Positions 52,916 through 64,000 of a DNA stretch of 64,000 bases are shown one piece after another. The translations under genes and the position numbers were made by a program. Every line of letters starts with the position of its first letter. Position 1 is the stretch's first letter. This stretch comes from Octopus vulgaris (lineage: Eukaryota). Under the pieces are notes generated by a model. It was not told the DNA's origin, made no database searches, and saw nothing but the letters and a program-made list of their open reading frames with translations. The stretch is taken from assembly GCA_951406725.2 (NCBI GenBank), contig OX597833.1, positions 46,438,001-46,502,000 on the forward strand. Reading direction: 5' to 3'.

Positions 52916-54107
52916 GCTTTTATGTATGCATGTATGTGTAAATGCGTACATAACCGATATGCACACGTTAAAACACAGCAATTCCCGGAGACATGCATTC
53001 ACACACACACTCACACATGTACATACACAAGGGTGAGGGTCACAGGAGACGTTTTTCTGTCTTTATTACTTATTCCCTCTCTCTCACTCATTCTCTTACT
53101 CACTCTCTCTCTCTCTTTCTCTCCCTTTTCCTCTCTCCTATTCTCTCTTTTTCTCTCATCATCTCATACACAGATGTCCTATAATTAACTGACACCAGAT
53201 ATATATTTGTTTCTGTCTCTTAGCCCTCCATATCTCTAACACAGGCACACACACACACACACACACATACACACATTAGGATTTCCACATACGCACACGC
53301 ACACACACATGCTATCACCGCGACAAAAATCTCTGCTGTCACAGCTAGTCAACCAGCCAACAAGCCAGCCAGCCAATACTAAATCACATTTTTTCCATCA
53401 GCGCTTTTAATCAGGGTCGGATTTAAACGTTGAGAGACCCCAAGCTACATAAAGTCTGGAGGCCGCTCGTTAATAAAATTACACCAGAAAGTGTCACAAT
53501 AATCGAAAACATATATGCCTTTTAATTATTTCGAAATCTTAAGCCGAAGATTGTTTAACATATATCTAAATCTGACATGGCTCTTAATCCAGAGGTCTGC
53601 AACGCTATTTCCGTGATAGATTCCCATATAGTTATTCTCTATCTTTACTCTAAAGTATTCTTAATTAATTACCTTTCGGTGGGTTTAGAAAATTGTTCGT
53701 TTTATTCATTTATTTGTCTGGGGTTTTTTTTTTTTTTGTTGTTTTTGTAAATGTTGTGTCGTATCATAAGGACATAAGGGCAAAGACGACAACTTCGTAA
53801 AATCTAATAAATTTGCGATATCCTTAAGGCATTGTCGGTGTCATACCAAAATGTTTGGGCGACTCTATTGAAAAATCATTGCTTTAATCCTGGTTCCTCT
53901 ACCCCCATCCACAATCCTCTATCATTACTGATCCCCATATCATCTCTACACCGAGTCTGACCCCCAAAATTTCCCCTAACTTTTTTGTATTTTTCTCTTT
54001 ATCTTTTTTCCATAAATATGCTATACTCTATTTTCATTAAATCCTAAAGTGGTCGTTTATTTTTCATTCTTTTCCTCCGAATTTAGCGGTTTCTCGCAAA
54101 AAAAAGA

Positions 54108-54628
54108 CCGTAAATCCTCGAGTATAATCCGCACTTTTTTCTCAAAATTTAAAGATCAACATCCCTAGTGCCTACTATATACGAAGTTAAAAATGAAAAA
54201 TATTTTCTAAGCAAAGTCCGATTCTCTATTTGCTGTCCGGCAATGTTTATTCAGACGCATTTTGTGATGTCGGGCGCGAAAATACCTTAAGCTAAACCTG
54301 AAAGCAATGAAGTCATAAAAGAATCATCCATAACTTGCAGTAAGCAACATTTATTAAAATAAAAGTATTCAGAACACAGAATAACATGTAACAAAAACAA
54401 TTTGCAAACATATTTACATTCCCATATAACAGTTAAGAACATCACCATTATTGTATTGCGCATACGCGGAAGTGTTTGTTCAACTAGGTGCTGCTGGCTT
54501 AATTTCACACGACTCAAGTTAGAGAAGGGGTGCGTATTAGACACAATGTTTAGGTTTTTCAGAAGTACAACCCCCTAAAAATCCCCTGCGTATTATACTC
54601 AAGGGCGGACTATACTCGAAGATTACGG
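54108..54628. mobile_element. pogo/Tc2-like MITE
   Basis: TIRs CCGTAAATCCTCGAGTATAATCCGC / GCGGACTATACTCGAAGATTACGG, followed by TA. Confidence 0.8.
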
Positions 54629-54632
54629 TATA

Positions 54633-54847
54633 CTCTTTTACTCTTTTACTTGTTTCAGTAATTTGACTGCGGCCATGCTGGAGCACCGCCTTTAGTCGAG
54701 CAACTCGACCCCGGGACTTATTCTTTGTAAGCCCAGTACTTATTCTATCGGTCTCTTTTGCCGAACCGCTAAGTGACGGGGACATAAACACACCAGCATC
54801 AGTTGTCAAGCAATGCTAGGGGGACAAACACAGACACACAGACACAT

Positions 54848-54878
<31 letters not shown>

Positions 54879-55043
54879 CATATATACGACAGGTTTCTTT
54901 CAGTTTCCGTCTACCAAATCCACTCACAAGGCTTTGGTCGGCCCGGGGCTATAGCAGAAGACACTTGCCCAAGATGCCACGCAGTGGGACTGAACCCGGA
55001 ACCATGTGGTTGGTTAGCAAGCTACTTACCACACAGCCACTCC
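54633..55043 (-). mobile_element. SINE family 2, full length
   Basis: Homology to other copies. Confidence 0.92.
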
Positions 55044-55231
55044 TAAAAATATAGATATTGGGGTCGATTTGTTCGATCAAGCTATTCGAAACAGTACCCC
55101 TTACGACTGCAGTCCAATGACTGAAACAAGCAAAATATAAAAGATAAATAATCAAATATATGGCCGTTGCCTTCTCTGTGTCTGTTACTGACGTTCGTTT
55201 AAGTTCTGTATTTGTTATATCTTTAAGAGTA

Positions 55232-55440
55232 AAGGGGCATGGCTTAGTGGTTAGGGCATTCGGCTCATGATCGTAAGGTCGTGAGCTCAATTCCTGGTGG
55301 CGCGTTGTGTCCTTGAGCAAGACACTTTATTTCACATTGCTCCAGTCCATTCAGCTGGCAAAAATGAGTTGTACCTATTTTTCAAAGGACCAACCGTGTC
55401 ACATTCTGTGTCACACTGAATGTCCCTGAGGAACTACATT
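55232..55440 (+). mobile_element. SINE family 3, truncated
   Basis: Head and core. Confidence 0.85.
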
Positions 55441-55912
55441 ATGAAGTATGGCCATGCCGGGGCACCGTCTTGGAGTGTTTAGTCGAACAAATCGATCCCA
55501 GGATTAATTTTTATGTTTGTTATTTATTCTATTGGTCTCTTTGCCGAACAGCTAAGTTATGTTAACAGAGAACAGAGACCAGTGCCGACTGCTGACTACG
55601 AAAGCGTCTAGAATAGCACCCCAACGACCGGTTGCATCAGTTAAAGAATCTTGATGATGAGGATAGAAATCTTTTGAGGGAAAACATATAAAAAAATGTA
55701 CTGAAACTCAACTTCTACAGACAGGAATGCTAGTTCCATTCCATTCTATATATATTATGAATACCATACATATCGTTATTTTAATTTAATTTTCTTTCAA
55801 ATGATTTGATTCTAGCCTGGACACCTTTCACACAAATCATTGAATATTTTGTTAACTGATTTTTCTACTAGAACGAACGTTTGGACTATGTTCATAATGT
55901 CCAGGTGGATGT

Positions 55913-55957
55913 TCGTCACTGAGGAGACGAAATTAGTCGAAACATCGGGTCTGGCGA
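55913..55957 (+). ncRNA. Type I HHR with fully canonical core, predicted cleavage after 55951
   Basis: TCGTCA-CTGAGGA-GAC-gaaatta-GTC-GAAAC-atcgg-GTC-TGGCGA. Confidence 0.85.
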
Positions 55958-56731
55958 TCACCGACGACATTCTGAGCGAGCTCTGTTTTTTTAAGCATAT
56001 GACTCTTTGAGAAGCTTCTCTTAGACAAAATAATTATAACCGAATCACTAAGTTGCGAGGAAGGTAGACAAACCGTTTGTCAAGCGACGATGGGGCAAGT
56101 ACAAACATAAAGACGCGCATGCACACACACTAACATTTCTTTCAGTTTCCTTCTATCGGATCAAGTCACAAGGCTTTAATCGGGGCTATAGTAGAAGACA
56201 CTTGCCCAAGGTGTCACGCAGTGGGACTTAACTTGATACCATGTAGTTAGGAAGCAATCTTCTTACCACACAGCCATGGCTGCGTCTACGTCTATATATT
56301 TTAAATGTTATACACATCGTTGTTTACATCTGATGCAGTTTCAAAAGCATATTTACTGAAGAGCGCATACTGAAGAGCGTGTAACTTCCACAGGTTCTCA
56401 GTCAGAAATGGTCTTTAAATTCGTAACGATTTCTTCTTTCTTTTATTTATTTATCTATCTATCTATATATTTATTTTATTATTTACTTTTATTATTTAAG
56501 TTTATTTTATTATTTACTTTTTTCATTTATTTATGTGTTTTCATTTTATCAGCAACAATAAACGGTTTTATCTTAATCTTGATAAAATATCTGAGGGACG
56601 AAAAGAGGAAAAATCGCGGGGAAATGTGCCAACAGAATAACAAACACCATGTTCGTAATGTAGAAATTTACTTTGAACTCTTCTCTTAGACATCTTACTA
56701 CGTTATTTGTTCCCCCATCTGCCCTCTGAAA

Positions 56732-56764
<33 letters not shown>

Positions 56765-57196
56765 CTGTGTGTGTGTGTTTGTATGCGTGAGTGTGTCTCG
56801 GTATTTCATTATTAGCGAGGAAAGCCATATTAGTTCAAAATAGCGATCTGTATATCATACTTAAAGTATATATTCTGTTGAAAGCCTTCTAAGCTGCAGT
56901 ATTCTCCGCGAGACAGCATCCGTTATAGACGTATTGTGTTAAAATAAAGCACACAGAAATAAATCAGCAGCAAGCAAAACTTGCCCAGTGGTGGTGATGT
57001 CAATGTTAAAACCGGATTTCTACTTGTTATATTTTCATCGGTAGTAAGTATCTACTGGCACCGCATTGCTAAGTGAAAATATAAACTGCGAGCTAATATA
57101 GTTAAACTGTGGTGGAAAAGTCACAGATATTGCATATATATATATATATATGTGTGTGTATGTATTGTTGCATATATATATATGTGTGTGTGTGTG

Positions 57197-57235
<39 letters not shown>

Positions 57236-57283
57236 TACATATATAACACATGCATATACGTATATATACATACATATACATAC

Positions 57284-57333
<50 letters not shown>

Positions 57334-57345
57334 GTGTGTGCGTGT

Positions 57346-57470
<125 letters not shown>

Positions 57471-58063
57471 GTTTGTGCAAAGATCTGCTTACTGAAATCG
57501 TTGGCAATAAGTGAAGCATATTATTTGGAAATGTTATCTGGAGATTTTTTGTAATATTGTTGTTCCCACCCATTTTATTTCGTGGAAATAAACAAAAAAA
57601 TGAGAAATGTTATTTTTAAAAGTAGAAATTGCACAAAAAAAAACAGAAAAGGGAAGAAACTGATCTCGTACTTTTGCTTTATAGCTTTGGGGAAGCTAAT
57701 CTCTAATGTCCGATGTCTGATACTGACTGGGAGATGTGGCAATGTTTAGGACTGGTGACGTAACTAACTGAAAGGGTTCTTTGTCTACCATTATAAAAAA
57801 GAATCCTACTTTGATTTAATGTTAATTCAAGCTGCAACGACAGAACGACACCAGCAGCAACAAATAATAATAATAACAACAACAACAACAACGACGATAT
57901 CAGCGACAATAATAAATAAGAAAAGAAAAGAAAACCGCGCTCTGATACTTAGACCGTTTTGTGTTTGTACTGTAATAAATAATACATGTACACACTCGTT
58001 ATATATATGTGTGTGTGTGGTGTGTGTGTGTGTGAGTGTGTGTGTATACGTATATGTTAAAAT

Positions 58064-58127
<64 letters not shown>

Positions 58128-58665
58128 ATATATATATGTATGTATGTATGTATATATGTATGTATATATATATGTATATGTATATATATATATGTATGTA
58201 TGTATATATATGTATGTATGTAAATGTGTATGTATGAGTATATGTATATATGTATATATATATATATTTGTGTGTGCGTACATACTTATCACACATACGT
58301 GTGTGCATGTGTTAGTGTGTGTATGTGTGTATACATGTCTGAGTGTATGTGTTTTGTGTTTGTGCGTGTGTGCATGTGTATATGTATGTGTTTTGTGTAT
58401 GTGTGTATGTGTATGTGTATGTGCATTTGTGTGTGTGTGTGTGTGTGTGTGTGTGGCTCAAACATTTGCTTGTGTATATTTAGATGTAAATAACCACAGC
58501 TATATTATACATGAATGCATTTATATTGTATCAAGCTATTTATTTACGCATTAAAGTTGCAATTACTACGTAAAAAGAGTTATAATGGTTCCTAACACGG
58601 GCAACAAGCCGCGAACTGCGCGGGAGCGACTGAAGCCGTTATGTTTTGGCACTTTGCAAAACATA

Positions 58666-59078
58666 GGAGTGGCTGTGTGGTAAGTAGCTTGTTTACCAAC
58701 CACATGGTTCAGAGTTCAGTCACACTGCGTGGCACCTTGGGCAAGTGTCTTCTACTATAGCCTCGGGCCGACCAAAGCCTTGTGAGTGGATTTGGTAGAC
58801 GGAAACTGAAAGAAGCCTGTCGTATATATGTATGTATGTATATATATATATGCGTGTGTGTGTTTGTGTGTCTGTATTTGTCCCCCCTAGCATTGCTTGA
58901 CAACCGATGCTGGTGTGTCTATGTCCCCGTTACTTAGCGGTTCGGCAAAAGTAACCGATAAAATAAGTACTGAGCTTACGAAAGAATAAGTCCCGGGGTC
59001 GAGTTGCTCGATTAAAGGCGGTGCTCCAGCATGGCCGCAGTCAAATGACTGAAACAAGTAAAAGAGTAAAAGAGTAAA
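58666..59078 (+). mobile_element. SINE family 2, full length
   Basis: Homology to other copies. Confidence 0.92.
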
Positions 59079-59686
59079 GCTGTTTTCTAACCAAAAGCTT
59101 CATACCCCTCTCTCTGTTTCCCTCCATCGTCTCTATCTGTACACTCACGCACATAAATACAGATATTCAGACACATAATCAGGAGTATGTATGTATGTAT
59201 GTATGTATGTATGTATGTATGTATGTATGTATGTATGTATGTATGTATGTATGTATGTACGTATGTATGAATGCGCAGGGACATAGAAATAATCGGACTG
59301 AATACCCGATCGCGCGGTTAAACCATGGAAGTTAAGGACTCCTAGCCTTTTTTAGGGCATCCTTCTAGGAGAAGGTAACTCAGGTAACTGGGATAACTCT
59401 AACATAAAACCTGCGGCTCAGTGGTTACCGATGATGTTGACTTGTTCTTTTCAGATTATGATTGCTGTTGCTTAGTGAGGGGGATTGACTCGGTGCACAG
59501 CCTTTCCTCACTTTAAAAAAAATTATCTTGTACAAGCATTGCACGATAACAATATTGATTAATCTTCGTGCAATGGTCATACTCGATAACGAGGGGCAGC
59601 CACCATATATATATAAGAATGTTTTGTGTAATGAGATAAAAAAAAAACCAAGGTTGTATAGCTATTAGAGCATTTATAGATAGAAG

Positions 59687-59738
59687 GTCTTACAGCTGTT
59701 TCTAGGATATTAATTAATAATATCCCTTTATCGAAGAC
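59687..59738 (-). ncRNA. Type I HHR-like motif within a TA-flanked PLE-type fragment (~59615-59835)
   Basis: GTCT-TCGATAA-A-GGGATATT-attaatt-AATATCCT-A-GAAAC-AGCT-GTA-AGAC. Confidence 0.7.
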
Positions 59739-59831
59739 GACGTGCGAGGAAAAATTAAGTCAGTTAGTTTCGATGTGATACAAAATAGAGAATGAGGTAG
59801 GGGAAAGAAAATAGATGTAAGATATGTTAGT

Positions 59832-59887
<56 letters not shown>

Positions 59888-59921
59888 ATATATGTGTATA
59901 TATATATATATATATATGTTA

Positions 59922-60009
<88 letters not shown>

Positions 60010-60015
<6 letters not shown>

Positions 60016-60145
60016 CAAAAGAACGAAGAACAAACACAAAAAACAACAACGCGCGGACGTGGTACAGGTAAAGTATTAGCAGATGCTCAGGGAAGGAAAG
60101 AAATGCGGTTTCACGTTTCGAGCAAAGCTCTTCTTCAGAAACGGG
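60010..60145 (-). mobile_element. Family A element (CTGAAGA core, G at cleavage site)
   Basis: Minus strand: GTTT-CTGAAGA-A-GAGC-ttt-GCTC-GAAAC-GTG-AAAC. Confidence 0.75.
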
Positions 60146-61128
60146 AGCCCTTGATCAAGAGCAGACCAAGAAAGGGTGCTTGGTACCTGGTGTGTCGGCA
60201 AGCGCTCACGGCCTTCTGCCTGTCGGGCAATGCGGTCGCTGGAAGTTCCACCATGGAGTTCTATAGAGGATTAGCGGAGGGAAAGAGCGATGACCTACTC
60301 GGGAAAATTCTGGAATCAAATGACTGGTCTTTTCCGGAGAACTTTTGGACCAGAGTCTATGGATAACTTCCAAAGATCCCTGGCCTGGTAGTGCTACCGG
60401 GGAGCTCTGCCGCTTCCAGACAAGCTCTGCAAACACGGAAGTGCAATCAGACGGACCTGTCCGAGGTGTGCGTAGAGCGATGAAAACGTCCTGCATGCAC
60501 TCGTCCAGTGACCGTGCATTGCTGACCTGTGGAGCTTTGTCGAACAGCTATTATCATGTGTTGGACGGATCAGCCGAGTCCGTTGTGAGGATCGCCCCGC
60601 CGCCTTCTTTTGGCCGGGAGGAAAAGGCAGTTTTCCTCTACCTGGTGGCTCTAACGAAAGAGGTAGCGTGATTGACAAGGTTGAAAAGACTGAAAACAGA
60701 CACTTTCCTCTTCGACCGAGCCTTCATTGACTTTTACAAGTTCCACCTGAAAAGGAAAGTGAAGGTAGAGAAAGAAGTACTGCTCCTCCCCCTCCCCCCG
60801 CCTGTAAGTTTGTTGAAAGGTGGGTTATAATGGCTCGTGTGAATGGGCCTACCCTGAATATTCGTCTGTAAGCTGGAGCAGTTGAGGGAAAGAGGGGTGC
60901 CTACCTGGCGTGCCCTTGGCAGTCAAGGTGATCAGGATGTGTGGAGGTATCCTGGTTGGCCCTGGGCGGAACTCCCCCATTGGGGAATTTCGTTGTTTTT
61001 ATCTTTGTTGTTAACTGTTTTTGTTTTATTGTTTACACTTTGTTTTATTGTTTTAAACCACACTCGTCCTTTGTTTTGCATCGTCCCTAATTGTTTTTGT
61101 GTTCAGCCCTTGTGGCCAATAAAGAAAG
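60143..61128 (+). pseudogene. Tx1/L1-clade LINE ORF2 C-terminus and 3' UTR, decayed, ending before (ATC)n/(ATT)n
   Basis: W*CYRGALPLPDKL...TCPRCA*SDENVLHALVQ*P...LWSFV zinc-knuckle region, AATAAA at the end. Confidence 0.85.
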
Positions 61129-61157
61129 GATTATTATCATCATCATCATCATCATCA

Positions 61158-61215
<58 letters not shown>

Positions 61216-61262
61216 CATCATCATCATCATTATTATTTTTATTATTATTTTATTATTATTAA

Positions 61263-61312
<50 letters not shown>

Positions 61313-62389
61313 ATCATCATCATCATCATTATTATTATTATCATTTCGGTACACAATGACAGTAACGTTGAAACAGTTGCCAAAATCTGAAATGTGCCTC
61401 TTGACCCCATCACGTGTCACTGAAGTTTCTTTTTTGTTTTTTGTCTTTTTTTTATATATAGATTTTGTTTAATGTCGTTATTGTTCACACCATACCTTGT
61501 TCCCAGTGAAACTTGTCCTGTAGTTCCTCTTCCTTTCCTTCCTTTTTTTCCCTTTCTTTTTGTTTCTTTCCAATGTCTTCTCTTTGTTTTCTTGTTTTTT
61601 TTTTTCTTTTTTCGGAAATAAAGGGGAAAATATTTTCCCAAGATATCATTTTACTTATCATTGCTATCACTACCATAATTAACACTATAACTATCATCAG
61701 CAGCAGCAGCAGCAGCAGCAGCAGCAATAGCTGCACCATCATCATCATCATCATCATCATTGTTATCGTCCTTGTCATTGTTGTGGTTATCATCATCATC
61801 ATCATCATCATCATCGTCATCGTCGTCATCATTGCTCTGTGAATATACTACAATTGACAGCAACAGACAAGTAAGACATCACTTCAGTGACCTGTGTGTG
61901 TATGTGTATGTGTTGTGTATGTGTTATGTACGTGTTGTGTATGTATGTTGCGTGCGTGTATGTGTGTGTGTGTGCATGTATGTGTGTGTGTGTATGTTGG
62001 CAATGACATATCAGTCCATCTTCCATGTAAACTCCCACCTACACATATACAGTTTAACAAAAGAAGTCTCGGGCCACTGCACGGTCATTCATTCGACTTC
62101 CAGAAACAAGAGCTTATTCCCCTCAAATTAATACTCTAACCACCATAAAAAAAAAAGGGAAGGATACATTGGTTAATGTAGTTCTCAATACCATGTGTAC
62201 TTGATAAATTGCTAGAAGTAGCAGCTTATTCTCGCCTTCAAATCAACTCATTAACTATGATGAAAAGGGACGGATACGTAGTCACTGGGGATATTGCAGA
62301 CAGAGAAGGGCCTACAGTTCGTTTCAGATCTTATGTCGCGAGTGGAGCCAGGCTGCATGACATCTTTTACCAACCACATGGTTCCGGGT

Positions 62390-62444
62390 TCAGTCCCACT
62401 GCGTGGCACCTTGGGCTTGGGCAAATGTCTTCTACTATAGCTAG

Positions 62445-62495
<51 letters not shown>

Positions 62496-62512
62496 CATAT
62501 ATATATATATAT

Positions 62513-62561
<49 letters not shown>

Positions 62562-62724
62562 ATATACGACGGGCTTCTTTCAGTCTACCAAATCCACTCA
62601 CAAGCCTTGGTCGGCGGCGAGGCTATATTAGAAGACACTCGCCCAAGGTACCGCGCAGTGGGGCTGAACCCCAGAACCATGTGGTTGGGAAGAAAGCTAC
62701 TTACCACACAGCCACCCCTACGCC
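62390..62724. mobile_element. Two convergent SINE family 2 heads separated by (CA)n/(TA)n
   Basis: Plus head 62390-62441, minus head 62566-62724. Confidence 0.8.
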
Positions 62725-63118
62725 TAGAATATAAGAATATACTACATAATGTAGTCCTAGATGCACTGTGTCTGATATAGCATGATCACGGCTAGAAAGT
62801 CTGTGATCATGTTTTTCCTATTGGATCTTACCTGAAACTAAACATCACCGCCAGCAGCAAGACTGGTGCCAAAGCAGTCGCTCAGTCTACAAGAAATAGC
62901 AGCCAAATTTTGATGACACCTCATTCTATTATCATAACAAAACCCCAAAAAAGTAGATTTTATAAAGGTACATTGTATCTGGGGGGTGGATGAAACAGAG
63001 ACAAATAGTGAAGGGTGGAGCGCCTTCAGCTCGATTGGAACCGACCTGGGAGAATATGTCAGGAACGAGACATGACACATACTGTATTACAAATTAGAAA
63101 TATCTTTTTATACACATA

Positions 63119-63158
<40 letters not shown>

Positions 63159-63254
63159 TATATATATACATACGTGTGTGTATCTGCGTCTGTGTTTGTC
63201 TTCCCATAAATATATATAATGTGTGTGTGTGTGTGTGTGTGTGTGTACACGCGT

Positions 63255-63455
63255 GCCTTTGTGTCTGCGTTTGTCCCTCCATCACCGCTCTGATAACCGG
63301 TGTCCGTGTGTTTATGCCCCCACCCCCGTAACTTAGTGGTTCGGCAAAATTGTCCGATGGAATAAGTACTAGGCTTAATAGAAAAATTCTGGGGTCGATT
63401 TGTTCGACTAAAACCCTTCAAGGCAGTGCTCCAGTATGGCCACCAAAAGAATAAA
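63255..63455 (+). mobile_element. SINE family 2, 3' half
   Basis: Homology to other copies. Confidence 0.85.
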
Positions 63456-63466
63456 AAAAAGAAGGA

Positions 63467-63497
<31 letters not shown>

Positions 63498-63775
63498 TAT
63501 ATATGTATATACATATATGTATGTATGTATATCAATTCTTTTTTAAATATAGGGTAAAAATTAAATATTAATTTTTTACCAGCGTTAGAAAAAGATGTCC
63601 GTAGACTGAAAATATTATTATATTATATTATATTATATTATATTATACTTCGGAGTACGAAAATGACAAATCATTTTTGAATTCTCTCAAATTGTCCTGT
63701 CACCCTTTAACTCCCATTTCTAGCGTGTTGGAAAACCACTTAGTGGCTTTCCCTTCGTGTATAACACAGCATAAT

Positions 63776-63827
<52 letters not shown>

Positions 63828-64000
63828 TGCATGCTCTGGTGACAGGCATAAGCTGTTTTACCGCAGCGAAGTCACGCTCGGTTAAGAGAGCCGTGGTTAC
63901 TCATGCCTTTTATCCGCGCCTGGTTGAATTTCTTCACTTTGACATTCGGAGCTCAAACAGAAATCACATCGCATCTATACATTTCGGTGATCGGATCCCA

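Overview
AT-rich, microsatellite-saturated animal DNA. The tRNA-derived SINE repertoire suggests an octopod cephalopod (inference, not searched). No intact protein-coding gene is visible, and nearly all listed ORFs are translations of simple repeats. Real coding remnants are a Penelope-like (PLE) GIY-YIG endonuclease 3' end (1-692), a decayed CR1-clade RT (18150-20013), a Tx1/L1-clade 3' end (60143-61128), and RTE and mariner fragments. There are about 35 SINE copies in four families, plus MITEs and two non-autonomous Helitrons. The main signal is about 17 hammerhead-ribozyme (HHR)-like motifs, found by eye, in several non-coding element families. One family has an exact 360-nt tandem monomer, with two loci carrying full monomers plus one fragment and covarying stems. 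Others are a ~200-nt family with a minimal HHR (8 copies) and a ~488-nt unit family. Almost all end at (TA)n on the ribozyme strand, and many show PLE-type inverted structures with a fixed extra tail. Together they look like a PLE-mobilised, retrozyme-like (possibly circRNA-forming) network. Ribozyme activity, expression and novelty are inferred and untested.
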